Part shown: positions 45,891-55,609 of the stretch, in pieces
Layout of the letters: each line of letters begins with the position of its first letter
Position numbering within the stretch: the stretch's first letter is position 1
Assembly: GCA_038110525.1 (NCBI GenBank)
Contig: JAYNJV010000001.1
Coordinates: 126,130 to 190,129, forward strand
Direction of reading: 5' to 3'
Source of the DNA: Candidatus Poseidoniales archaeon
GTDB lineage: Archaea > Thermoplasmatota > Poseidoniia > Poseidoniales > Poseidoniaceae
Length of the DNA: 64,000 nt
The notes under the pieces: model-generated
Seen by the model: the letters and a program-made list of their open reading frames with translations, nothing else
Told to the model about the DNA's origin: nothing
Database searches by the model: none
Made by a program: the position numbers and the translations under genes

Positions 45891-47270
45891 TTACATTCCA
45901 AAGGATGACGGGTCAATATCAAAATCACCGTCTTTCATCATCTTTCTCATTTGTTTGTTCAATTGTCGGTTTCCACCCATGCCCTTCATCATTTTCCTTG
46001 AACGATTCCATTGACCTATTAATTCACGTACATCCTTTTCTCGGACACCAGAACCTCTTGCAATTCTTCGGATTCGGTCAACTTTGATCTTTGCGGGTTC
46101 ATTCTTTTCCCAATTTGTCATTGAATCCATAATGGTACGATATCGGTCAAGGTTTTTCTGCATGCCTTCCTTTTGTGCCTTTGACATGGCACCCATTCCA
46201 CCAAGAAACGAACCAGGTAAAAACGACATTAATTTGTCAATTGTTCCCACTTTCGACATCATTTCCATTTGTTTGTACATGTCATTCAAAGTGAACCTAC
46301 CACTCATGAGTCGTTGAGTGAGTCGTAAAGCTTCTTCTTCATCAAGGTCCTCAGGTGCGAGGTCAATGAGGCCCTGAATATCCCCCATTCCGAGCAGTCG
46401 AGAAATGAAACGATTTGATTCGAATTTCTCAATATCTTGAATTTTTTCCCCCACACCAATATGGACAATTGGGGCCCCAGTGGCGGCTACAGCGGATAGT
46501 GCACCACCTCCTCGTGCGGTTCCGTCAAGTTTGGTTATGACGATACCAGTTACCCCTGCCAACCCATGGAAAGAGGCGGCTACTGGTCCTGCGGCTTGAC
46601 CTACTTGTGCATCAATGACAAGCCATCTTTCAGAGGCCCTTGTCAAATCTGACAGATGCTCGAGTTCAACTACCAGTTCATCGTCAAGTTGATGCCGCCC
46701 TGCAGTATCAACAATAATGAGGTCAGCGGCTTTGCATTTCTCCAAACCATTTCGAACAATTGTGACGGCATCTTTAGTTTCTGGTTCACCATAGACTTCA
46801 ACCGAACTGTCCTCAAGCAGTTGTTGAAGTTGGGCATAGGCACCAGGTCTGTGCACGTCGGCTTCGATCACCGCTACTTTCAATGAATGCTTTTTTCGAT
46901 ACCACTCTGCCAATTTGGCCGTGGTTGTGGTTTTCCCTTGTCCATACAATCCAACAAGAAGGAGTGTGGCTCCCCGTGGTTGAAACTCATGTGGAGGGCC
47001 TAAAATACGAACAAGTTCAAGATAAAGAATATTCAATGCATGGGTTTGAAGTGTTATTCCAGGTCGAGGTTCTTCTTCTCTTAATCTCTGCTCCAATCTA
47101 TCGACAATTTCTTTGGTTTGCCTAATGTTAAAATCTGCTTCTTGGAGTGCTCTTCGGAGACTACGAGTCATTTCTTTAAGTTCATCTTCATCGAGTTTTC
47201 GCTTATTCTTGAGTAATCCGAGTGAACGAAAAATTCCCTTTGATAGGTTTTCAAGGGCCATCTCATGCAT
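45891..47270 (-). CDS. srp54: Signal recognition particle 54-kDa protein
   Basis: GLYGQGKTTT, DVHRPGA, DTAGRH, TKLDGTARGGGALS, Met-rich M domain with RIARGSG. Confidence 0.97.
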   Translation of the reverse strand: MHEMALENLSKGIFRSLGLLKNKRKLDEDELKEMTRSLRRALQEADFNIRQTKEIVDRLEQRLREEEPRPGITLQTHALNILYLELVRILGPPHEFQPRGATLLLVGLYGQGKTTTTAKLAEWYRKKHSLKVAVIEADVHRPGAYAQLQQLLEDSSVEVYGEPETKDAVTIVRNGLEKCKAADLIIVDTAGRHQLDDELVVELEHLSDLTRASERWLVIDAQVGQAAGPVAASFHGLAGVTGIVITKLDGTARGGGALSAVAATGAPIVHIGVGEKIQDIEKFESNRFISRLLGMGDIQGLIDLAPEDLDEEEALRLTQRLMSGRFTLNDMYKQMEMMSKVGTIDKLMSFLPGSFLGGMGAMSKAQKEGMQKNLDRYRTIMDSMTNWEKNEPAKIKVDRIRRIARGSGVREKDVRELIGQWNRSRKMMKGMGGNRQLNKQMRKMMKDGDFDIDPSSFGM

Positions 47271-48531
47271 CCTCCTCTATGTCAGCATCTTCTCCTCGAG
47301 GTATCTTTATTTTCAATGTATCACCTTCGAAGGATGCTTTGATTGTGCTTTTTCTTGCTGGATATCGAGTCAATATTTCTTGTTCCCGCCCATGAATACT
47401 TACATACAGATGTCCCGTTTCACATCGAAGTTGGAATGACTGTTTTTCAGTATCTGGAATGTGTAATGATACAGTTTCTTCGTCATCATCAAATGTTGAA
47501 ACCATTCCCCTGTGAATAGAATGATGTAATTTATCACCGAAAGAATGCGGGCCTATTGTCTGTTCAAATTCTAAGGAAGGCCCATACAAGATAGTTCCAA
47601 ACTCCCTTAAAGCATCAAGTCCATTGATTTCAGTTTCAAAGACTTCAATTGTAGCAACTTGAACTTCGGATAAGATAGTGGTAAGTTCATGGATTCGCTT
47701 TTGTTCTTCCTTGTATCTCTTTTCGATAAACGGGTGGTCGATGTTAGGGGTCATTCGATTCACTAAACAAGAGGGGACATGAAGGTTGTACCTCTTTAAG
47801 GCACTATAGGCCCTTGACGTTTCATTGATTCCCATTCGTTCTGGAATGGTCACCAGTGTGAATGAACTTGAATTCGGATTACTTAATATTCTTCGAATAT
47901 GCAGAACTCGATTTCTAAATCGTTCAATTTCCTCTTTCAAATCATCACTTTGTTTTCGACCAAACAGCATCGAACGAATTCCGCCAGAAATTCGCAACAT
48001 TCGGAGTAGGCGGTCTGTCCAAGTATCGATGATTTCAGGAAGAGATAAGAAACGAAGTGTGTGACCTGTCGGAGCGGTGTCAAAAATCACAACATCCCAA
48101 TAGGGATTTTCCATGTGGCGCAACAGTTCATCGAATGCCAAAGCTTCATCGAGACCAGGAAACAAAAGTTCGTCCGATTGAATTTCAGATTTCATCGAAT
48201 TTAATTCTTCGCGGGCTCCAGGGTCCATAAACATGGATAGCCCAGACAATTGTGGGCTGCTCATTCCTTGGATTGCAGTATCTAATTTTGGCAAAAGATC
48301 CCCCAATCTACCCTCAGGATTCATCTCAACACCGTAGAGTGATGTTGTTCCTTCAACGAGTGTTGGTTCTGATGAAAGGTGAACCCCAAGTGAATCAGAA
48401 GTCGAGTGTGCTGGGTCGCTTGAAACAAGCAATACTTTCAGTCCGCAATCCGCGAGCCATAATGCGGTAGCAGCAGAAGTTGTCGTTTTACCAACGCCTC
48501 CCTTTCCCCCAAAGAGTAGGAGTCTCGCCAT
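47263..48531 (-). CDS. ArsA/Get3-family ATPase with C-terminal HSP20-like domain
   Basis: GGKGGVGKTT, SSDPAHSTSD, FPGLDEA, DTAPTGHTLRFL, VTIPE, VNR; about 90-aa beta-rich tail ending ASFEGDTLKIKIP. Confidence 0.9.
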   Translation of the reverse strand: MARLLLFGGKGGVGKTTTSAATALWLADCGLKVLLVSSDPAHSTSDSLGVHLSSEPTLVEGTTSLYGVEMNPEGRLGDLLPKLDTAIQGMSSPQLSGLSMFMDPGAREELNSMKSEIQSDELLFPGLDEALAFDELLRHMENPYWDVVIFDTAPTGHTLRFLSLPEIIDTWTDRLLRMLRISGGIRSMLFGRKQSDDLKEEIERFRNRVLHIRRILSNPNSSSFTLVTIPERMGINETSRAYSALKRYNLHVPSCLVNRMTPNIDHPFIEKRYKEEQKRIHELTTILSEVQVATIEVFETEINGLDALREFGTILYGPSLEFEQTIGPHSFGDKLHHSIHRGMVSTFDDDEETVSLHIPDTEKQSFQLRCETGHLYVSIHGREQEILTRYPARKSTIKASFEGDTLKIKIPRGEDADIEEDA

Positions 48532-48596
48532 AACACGCCGACAAACTGAAACCGTTTGAACTCAACGCTTACACCTAAAGGTATGTAAATTGAAAG

Positions 48597-49373
48597 TTGT
48601 TGGTTTCAACCGTGGCATCCGAAGTCGTTCTGTCTCAAATCGCCATCATCTTACCACTTGTTGGCATGAGTTTTGGCTGGAAAGGCGTTATGACAAAATA
48701 TGCTGGATTTTATGACACTCAGACAGCTTGGAATCAAGTATTTTGGGGACTTTTGCTCGGAGCCATGTATGGGTTACTTGCAAGTTCATTTATTCTTGAG
48801 CCTGCTCTTGCGGGCGCCTACAATGGGATAGAAGGTGAATTCAATATTTTTAACGTGGTCATTATCGTTTTACTTGTGAGCATTGGAGCACATTTCATGC
48901 TCATCCGGAAAAAAGTTCGCCATCATCATTCCCAACCAACCAGCGGTTGGGCTTTGGGATTGTCGCTGGGTGCCATGGTTGCAATGTTTTTTGTTGCGAG
49001 AATGTTTTTGGAGGCTGGGTTAACAAGTTCATCATTCCTTAATGCTGTGGTCTTTTGTATCGTTTCACCACGGGCAGAAGCTCTAATCACTTGTTATCAT
49101 GGTCATTTAATGCTTCAAGGTCGTCGTTGGGGGGCAGTGATTCGTACTATGGCATGGAGAATGGTTCTCATTGTACTCCTCGTCAGTGCAATCGATTTTT
49201 ATTACACTTGGCTCTTCATTCTCCCGTTTTTATTTCTCTTTCAATCAAATGCAAATTCTTGGATCTGGGATTCAATCCCAAAAGAATCAAGACGAAGATT
49301 ACGTCGTATTTGGGCCCAACAATCAAGGCAATCAAAACAAAAAATCAACTTCTCAAGCCATGAAGAAGAGTGA
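48597..49373 (+). CDS. Hypothetical integral membrane protein (about 7 TM)
   Basis: TTG start; multiple hydrophobic helices; basic C-terminal tail. Confidence 0.75.
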   Translation: MLVSTVASEVVLSQIAIILPLVGMSFGWKGVMTKYAGFYDTQTAWNQVFWGLLLGAMYGLLASSFILEPALAGAYNGIEGEFNIFNVVIIVLLVSIGAHFMLIRKKVRHHHSQPTSGWALGLSLGAMVAMFFVARMFLEAGLTSSSFLNAVVFCIVSPRAEALITCYHGHLMLQGRRWGAVIRTMAWRMVLIVLLVSAIDFYYTWLFILPFLFLFQSNANSWIWDSIPKESRRRLRRIWAQQSRQSKQKINFSSHEEE

Positions 49374-49416
49374 AAAATTGAGCAATTGTTATACAATTGG
49401 TGCATAAGCATCGTCC

Positions 49417-51006
49417 ATGGCATCTTGCCGTTATTGTAACAGCGTCACTTTACCGGGTGACAAAATATGTTATAATTGCGGTAGAGTCATCGCCTCCAAC
49501 CGTGAAGGAGGATATAGGTTAGAACAACAATTCGACGAGGGAAGTAAAGATTCTACCTTCATGATGGCAAAGCAGCCAAGGCAAAAAGGCATTGTGATGA
49601 CAACATCAGGCAGAGAGCGAAATATCTTCAAGCGCCGAAAAAATCGGTTCAGAAGCTTAGCACTTGTTGCATTCATTGCATTCGTCTTACTATCCCCACA
49701 AGCAAGAGAAGCCTTGCTTGGGGAGTTTGACAGTATTGATGAGTTCATCGCATCAGCAACTGCGACCTACCTGCCCTATCCGGTTGATGCGACGTACACT
49801 GTATCGAAAACGAGCATTGTCAAAGAATTTGAAGGATATGGTGCGGAACGAATTGTATTACCGCCCAAACTAACGAGTAACATGAATTCGAATGCTTTGT
49901 TTCAATACGAGGATGGCAGTACTGAAGAAAGTCTCGTCATCCAAGAGACGCTCAAAATTGAAGTCATTGTCGGTTCTGAACGATATAACATCCCCGTCAA
50001 TGGTGTCCCTCATACATATTACGACGGACTTGGTTCTTCATCCCCAATTACCGCATCCGATGGAACCAAAATTTGGCATCCAGGCGTCTTCGATGAATCA
50101 ATGCCTCCTGAAGATGAAAAATATTATTGTAATGTTGCAAATTGCATTATGATTCAACCTGCATTCAACGGAGCAGTGACTGCATCGTATACTTTTGAGG
50201 CAACAATTTCCGCAACATCGTATTCTTGGTGGGACCATTCAAGAGTCGATAGTCGAGTACCTGGCCCAGAATTTGGCATCAATGTAGACAATTCGGGAAC
50301 AATATCGGATTATGCATTACGTTCAAGTGGCTTAGCCGCTGATTTTTCGAACAGTCAACATTATCCAAACAGTTATGGTGAATACAAAATCGATTCCAAC
50401 CCACAAGAAATTGTTTTTGCATCTGCACAAATTTCACAACGAATTCCAGAAGGTTTGCAGGATAATGCATATGCATTTGCAAGGGCTACGTTTGATTTTT
50501 TACATGAAAAAGTAGCCTATGATAAATTCGCCCCAGTTGAAGATCCTCGGTCAGGAGCCGAATGTTTAGCAGCATCCAAAGGGGATTGTGATGAACAAAC
50601 CAATGCGTTCTTGAGCATACTCCGTACAAAGGGCATTCCCGGTTGGTATGTATTTGGCTTACTGAATGATTACACTTTTAGTGATATTGGTTGGGAAGCC
50701 CATGCTTGGGGTTATATTCAATTGCCGTTGAGCGATGAATGGTGCGAAAACAAGGGCATCACCCTCGCAAGTTGTTTTGTGAATGCACAGGTCGATGTCG
50801 TGAACAATAAATGGCTCCTATCCACAACCACCGCATATGTCGATTGGGTTGAAGAATTTGAATCAATAGATGCTGAAAATGTATACAATTATTATCGCCC
50901 TAAATACCCAGGAAGTTTTGATCGAGACAGGATTTTTTCCACAGTAGGCAATGTTGATTTTGCACAAGGCAGTTTCCAAGTCAAAAAATACCCTGAATAT
51001 TTCTAA
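49417..51006 (+). CDS. Transglutaminase-like domain protein with N-terminal zinc ribbon and TM anchor
   Basis: CRYC/CYNC, TM LALVAFIAFVLL, GDCDEQ (Cys), AHAWG (His), VDV (Asp) catalytic triad spacing. Confidence 0.85.
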   Translation: MASCRYCNSVTLPGDKICYNCGRVIASNREGGYRLEQQFDEGSKDSTFMMAKQPRQKGIVMTTSGRERNIFKRRKNRFRSLALVAFIAFVLLSPQAREALLGEFDSIDEFIASATATYLPYPVDATYTVSKTSIVKEFEGYGAERIVLPPKLTSNMNSNALFQYEDGSTEESLVIQETLKIEVIVGSERYNIPVNGVPHTYYDGLGSSSPITASDGTKIWHPGVFDESMPPEDEKYYCNVANCIMIQPAFNGAVTASYTFEATISATSYSWWDHSRVDSRVPGPEFGINVDNSGTISDYALRSSGLAADFSNSQHYPNSYGEYKIDSNPQEIVFASAQISQRIPEGLQDNAYAFARATFDFLHEKVAYDKFAPVEDPRSGAECLAASKGDCDEQTNAFLSILRTKGIPGWYVFGLLNDYTFSDIGWEAHAWGYIQLPLSDEWCENKGITLASCFVNAQVDVVNNKWLLSTTTAYVDWVEEFESIDAENVYNYYRPKYPGSFDRDRIFSTVGNVDFAQGSFQVKKYPEYF

Positions 51007-51019
51007 CAGAGGAATGTAT

Positions 51020-52426
51020 ATGCGAATTATCATTGGTGGGGCAGGGCGAATTGGTTTCGAACTTGCACGAACATTGAGACTACAAAATCATGATGTTGTT
51101 CTTATTGACAACGATGCAAGGGCAATCAAGAATGCTCAACAGCTCGATGTACTTGTCATTAATGGTGACATTACAGCCAGAGAAAAGTTGCAAGAAGCTG
51201 GCATTAATACGGCAAGAGTGTTTATTGCAACCACAGAATCAGATGAAACGAATTTGATTGCCTCGATGCTCGCGGAACATGAGCATAATCTCACAGATGT
51301 CAATAAGCAACTTCTAAGTATAGTCCGAGTAAAAAATCAAAAATATGTTGCCGAACAAAATCAAGGTTATCTAGTCGAATGGGCAAAAGTCAACTATGTT
51401 ATTGATCCAACTGATATTATGATTGAACGCTTACATGCAGGTCTAACTTCTGGACAAGCAGACCAAGTCGTTCATTTTGGTCACGGAGCATACATTGTAG
51501 AGATAGACGTAGCACAAAATGCTACCCACCTTTTTGGTTTATCGAACAGAGAAATCAAAGAAAATTCGGATGTCGATATGCCACCTATTCTTGCAGTGAA
51601 GAAAAGAGACGGTAGAATGATGTTGTATGATTCATCGTATCGCTATGAATACGGCGATACCTTGGCTGTATCGACGGTTGGGATAGATTCACTCAATACC
51701 ATCATGACCGTGTATGGTCATGAATCACAACCTTATCCAGACACGCCTAAAGTCGTCATTTTTGGTGCTGGAAATATGGGGCAGAAAATAGCTGCTGATT
51801 GGTTAGACCAGGGTGCCAAAGTGACAGTAATTGAACGGAATTTGCATCTTGCAAATCAACTCGTTGCGTCCGATTCGGGGATGAATCAGGACCTTGAAGT
51901 GATTCATGGCGACCATTTGGACAAGACAATTTTGTCCGAAATTTCAATAGAAAACTTTGACTTCGCTATATCTGCTTTGGAAGACGACCATGATAACATT
52001 GCAGCATGTTTGTTAGCTGCAGACAAGGGTGTAACTCGCACAGGATTAGTGTTGTTTGATTCCGACCTTGTCCGCGTAACAAAACGAATGGGCATCACCT
52101 TTGCAGTCGATCGAAGTCAAGTAGCCGTTGACCAAATTCTTAACATCATCCATACAAAGGCAAGCGGTTCATTTGGTAAATTGTCGGAAATTAGCGACTA
52201 CGCTGGCCTAAGCGTCACGATGAATGAATCATCAAATATGGCAGGTAAACCAATTGAAGAAATCAAAAAATTGGATTGGATGCGGTTGGCATTTATTCAA
52301 AGAAGAAATCTTGCAGGTGAATGGGAATCGTTCCTTCCAAAAGACAAGAAATCTATCATCGAAGGTGACCGACTTGTTGTCTTCACATCTCACGCAAAAG
52401 CAAACGACGTTCAAAAGAAAATTTAG
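51020..52426 (+). CDS. trkA: Trk K+ uptake system NAD-binding subunit TrkA (two RCK pairs)
   Basis: GGAGRIG and GAGNMG Rossmann motifs, INGD, ATTESDETN, GDRLVV; GAGGA RBS. Confidence 0.93.
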   Translation: MRIIIGGAGRIGFELARTLRLQNHDVVLIDNDARAIKNAQQLDVLVINGDITAREKLQEAGINTARVFIATTESDETNLIASMLAEHEHNLTDVNKQLLSIVRVKNQKYVAEQNQGYLVEWAKVNYVIDPTDIMIERLHAGLTSGQADQVVHFGHGAYIVEIDVAQNATHLFGLSNREIKENSDVDMPPILAVKKRDGRMMLYDSSYRYEYGDTLAVSTVGIDSLNTIMTVYGHESQPYPDTPKVVIFGAGNMGQKIAADWLDQGAKVTVIERNLHLANQLVASDSGMNQDLEVIHGDHLDKTILSEISIENFDFAISALEDDHDNIAACLLAADKGVTRTGLVLFDSDLVRVTKRMGITFAVDRSQVAVDQILNIIHTKASGSFGKLSEISDYAGLSVTMNESSNMAGKPIEEIKKLDWMRLAFIQRRNLAGEWESFLPKDKKSIIEGDRLVVFTSHAKANDVQKKI

Positions 52427-52434
52427 GTGTCATC

Positions 52435-54060
52435 ATGCGAACAGATGTCCTGAACATGATTCTTGGCTATACACTTGCCTTGCTCACAATACCAATTGTG
52501 TTGATAGGTGTGGTTTCATGCTTCATCGATTCTTGGCAGTTTGCTGCTGTTACATTTGGCATCCCAGCCTTGATGTGTGGATCACTAGCAGGATTGATGA
52601 TTGGAACATTTACCCGAACTGATTCTAAAAATCGTGTTCGAGATCGAGAAGCCTTTGTCGCTGTCGGACTGATGTACCCAATTGCAGTCCTCATTAGCGC
52701 TATTCCTTTTTGGTTTGGAGGCATGTTTGTTGGACCATTTGAGGACGGTGCGACACTGAACGAAATGTTGCAAGGCGCTGCATTTTCTTGGTTTGAAGCC
52801 ATGTCAGGATACACGACGACAGGGGCAACTGTCATCGACATTTCCACCAGTCCAATGTGTTTTACTATGACCGCTGCAGATGACTGCATTTTTGCTCAAT
52901 CTCGAGGTTTGCTTCTTTGGAGGTCGATGACCCAATGGCTTGGTGGCATGGGAATCATTATGCTTGGTATGATGATTTTGTCTTCTAAAATCGGGGGTGG
53001 AATGGCATTAGCAAGAGCTGAATTAACAGGTCCAACCGTTTCCAAACTCCACCCGTCTTTTCGTCAAACTGCCTATGCCTTGTGGGGTTTGTACTTTATT
53101 TGCACCATGATGCTTTTTCTTCTGTTGTTTGGCATTGGTGATTTGAGTTTTTTCGATGCAGTCAATCACGCATTAACAACAATGCCTACTGGAGGATTTT
53201 CAGTTCATGATGATAGCATTGGGTTTTACAATTCCGCAATCGTTGAGACGATTATTATCGTGTTCATGGTGATTGCAGGAATCAATTTTACATTGATTTG
53301 GCTTTTGACTCACAAAAGAGCAAAAGAGGCAATTTCTGATGAGGAATTAAAATCCTTTATTCTTTACCTGTTCACAGCGACAACAATCATATTTTTGGTT
53401 CTCTACAAATGGCAGGGAGATTGGCAAGGATCAATTCGTTCTGGGCTGTTTAATGTTGTCTCAATCGGAACATCAACAGGTTTTGGCACCGATGATTATG
53501 TGCTTTGGCCAGTAGCAACACACGTCATTCTTTTCTTTTTAATGATCATCGGTGCTTCAGCAGGTTCAACTGGTGGTGGTCTCAAAATTCTAAGAATTGG
53601 TCTCGCTGCAAAACTTGCTCGAAGAGAAATATCAAAAATAGCACAGCCAAGAAAGGTTCACCAAATTCGGTATAACAACAAACCAATTGATGACTCATAT
53701 CTTAGCCTCATCATTGGAATGCTTTTGGTGTGGGTAGGATTGTTTGCATTTTCAAGTCTCATTTTAGCATTTTATATGCCGGACTCATCTTTGGAAACAA
53801 TTGTTTCCATTGTTGCATCAAGCTTAGGAAATACTGGCCCAGCATTAGGCGACTATGGACCAAGTTCAACATGGGAATCAATGCCAATACCAGTCTTAAT
53901 CTTCACTTCAATTCTAATGTGGTTTGGTCGTCTCGAATTACTTACCGCAATTCTCCTCTTGAGTTTCAAAACCTGGAAAAAAGAAGCAAAGTCTGATGCT
54001 GAAATACAAGGCGTAGCCCTTGTCAAAAAGATACTCCAAGGTAAAGAAAATAACGATTAA
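52435..54060 (+). CDS. trkH: Trk K+ uptake membrane subunit TrkH
   Basis: FEAMSGYTTTGAT, TQWLGGMG, TMPTGGFS, SIGTSTGF, GSTGGGLKILR, SLGNTGPAL, MWFGRLE. Confidence 0.96.
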   Translation: MRTDVLNMILGYTLALLTIPIVLIGVVSCFIDSWQFAAVTFGIPALMCGSLAGLMIGTFTRTDSKNRVRDREAFVAVGLMYPIAVLISAIPFWFGGMFVGPFEDGATLNEMLQGAAFSWFEAMSGYTTTGATVIDISTSPMCFTMTAADDCIFAQSRGLLLWRSMTQWLGGMGIIMLGMMILSSKIGGGMALARAELTGPTVSKLHPSFRQTAYALWGLYFICTMMLFLLLFGIGDLSFFDAVNHALTTMPTGGFSVHDDSIGFYNSAIVETIIIVFMVIAGINFTLIWLLTHKRAKEAISDEELKSFILYLFTATTIIFLVLYKWQGDWQGSIRSGLFNVVSIGTSTGFGTDDYVLWPVATHVILFFLMIIGASAGSTGGGLKILRIGLAAKLARREISKIAQPRKVHQIRYNNKPIDDSYLSLIIGMLLVWVGLFAFSSLILAFYMPDSSLETIVSIVASSLGNTGPALGDYGPSSTWESMPIPVLIFTSILMWFGRLELLTAILLLSFKTWKKEAKSDAEIQGVALVKKILQGKENND

Positions 54061-55595
54061 AACAAGGTCATTTGACCTGTTGAAGAGCCATCATCTTCAT
54101 CGCTTGATTCATCAGGTACTTCAATATCTTCAATTTCAAGTTCCACGGCCTCTTGCACAACTTTTTCAACGTTATTTTGATTGTAAAGAAGATATATTTC
54201 CTTCGCAGATTGTCGATTTGAGGGGATATCAGTAAGAGCCACATGCTCTTCAGCAGTTAATCCAAGTTCATAAGAGAATGAAAACTGATTCGGATTTCCA
54301 ATTTGGTGAGTTGATGAATGCAATATTGAAAGGAGGGGAAGTAATTCCTCAATTGCTGTATTATCAGACATTCCACTCAATTTGCTTAATTGTTCTATCA
54401 AATTTGGTTTAATGGAATGAAAACGATTTGAAAGATATGTTGGATAACGAGGATACAACTTTTGTTGCAACGATGTTGAATTTGCTACACTTGCAGACAG
54501 AGAGGTTAGGTGTTGAGACCAATATGTTGACCTGTGGGCAGTATTTCTATAACGACTTGAAAATGCTTTATCGGATTTAATCAATGCTTTATCGGCTCTA
54601 TGAATTGATTTATATTCTTTGAAAAATTGTGAATTGTTCCAATGGACCCAATCAATAAATGTTGATTCATCTTTATCTATGGTCCTTAAAATTCGCACTG
54701 CTTCTTTGCAGGTGTTAGATTTGTATAATGCCTCTAATCCTGGAAATAATTCAATGGATAAATCCCTTGGATTTGACATGACATAATTTTGTACATCTGC
54801 TGCTTGTAGTTTTGATTCAAGTCCCTCTGTAAGGACTTGTAAATCTCGTACAAGTGCCCTAAGATCGCCTGGATTGTATTTCACCAATATTTCTATGGAT
54901 TCATCTGTAAAATCGACGTGTTCATCTCGTAAAATTTTCTTTGCAATTCGTCGTAAGGATTCTTTGCTCACTCGCTTAAATTTAATAATTTCAAGATGCT
55001 TCGAAAATCGTTCCTTTGCAGATCTCCAATTCGATTTTCCCCAGAATCGTTGTTCATCATTACATGCTAAAATGACGGGTTGTTGAGTTTTTTCAAGCAA
55101 ATGAAGAAGTTCTGCTTTTCCCCCTGAATCACCTTGTTGGATGCCTTCAATTCTTGATTCAAGCATTTCTGATGATACTCTTTTTTCGCTAGCCCTTCGA
55201 AGTCCACCAGTGAGGTGGTCAACTTCATCAAGAAGAATAAGTGTCTTTTGTTGAGGTTGATGAGGGTCGTGGAACAAAGAGCGGTGAGTTGAACCAAGTG
55301 TTGCGGCTTTTCGTATCGCTGTAGCATTCCGTGAATCGCTTGCATTTAATTCGATAACTGTCCAGCCCATATCTTGAGCTATCGCTCTTGCAATCGATGT
55401 CTTTCCTACACCCGGTGGGCCAATGAGGAGGATGCCCTTTTTCTTCGGTGAACCGTTTTTCCATTTGTCCAACCATTGTCTAATTTTGGTTCGTTCAGGT
55501 TCATTGCCTTCAAGTTCAAGTTCTGTTCGTGGTCGATGTCGTTCGGTCCAATCACTTGCGACATCCATGATGGAACCAAATAGTCGACAGTTCAT
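54057..55595 (-). CDS. rfcL: Replication factor C large subunit
   Basis: WTERHRP, GPPGVGKTS, IELNASDSR, LLDEVD, GDLRALVRDLQ; true start probably ATG 55568. Confidence 0.93.
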   Translation of the reverse strand: MNCRLFGSIMDVASDWTERHRPRTELELEGNEPERTKIRQWLDKWKNGSPKKKGILLIGPPGVGKTSIARAIAQDMGWTVIELNASDSRNATAIRKAATLGSTHRSLFHDPHQPQQKTLILLDEVDHLTGGLRRASEKRVSSEMLESRIEGIQQGDSGGKAELLHLLEKTQQPVILACNDEQRFWGKSNWRSAKERFSKHLEIIKFKRVSKESLRRIAKKILRDEHVDFTDESIEILVKYNPGDLRALVRDLQVLTEGLESKLQAADVQNYVMSNPRDLSIELFPGLEALYKSNTCKEAVRILRTIDKDESTFIDWVHWNNSQFFKEYKSIHRADKALIKSDKAFSSRYRNTAHRSTYWSQHLTSLSASVANSTSLQQKLYPRYPTYLSNRFHSIKPNLIEQLSKLSGMSDNTAIEELLPLLSILHSSTHQIGNPNQFSFSYELGLTAEEHVALTDIPSNRQSAKEIYLLYNQNNVEKVVQEAVELEIEDIEVPDESSDEDDGSSTGQMTLF

Positions 55596-55609
55596 AATAT
55601 TGGTTTCGA

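Noticed and set aside
47263-48531. Arsenic-resistance (ars) operon
   Set aside because: No arsB, acr3, arsC, arsR or arsD nearby; the protein is single-domain and lacks a recognisable metalloid-binding Cys cluster.
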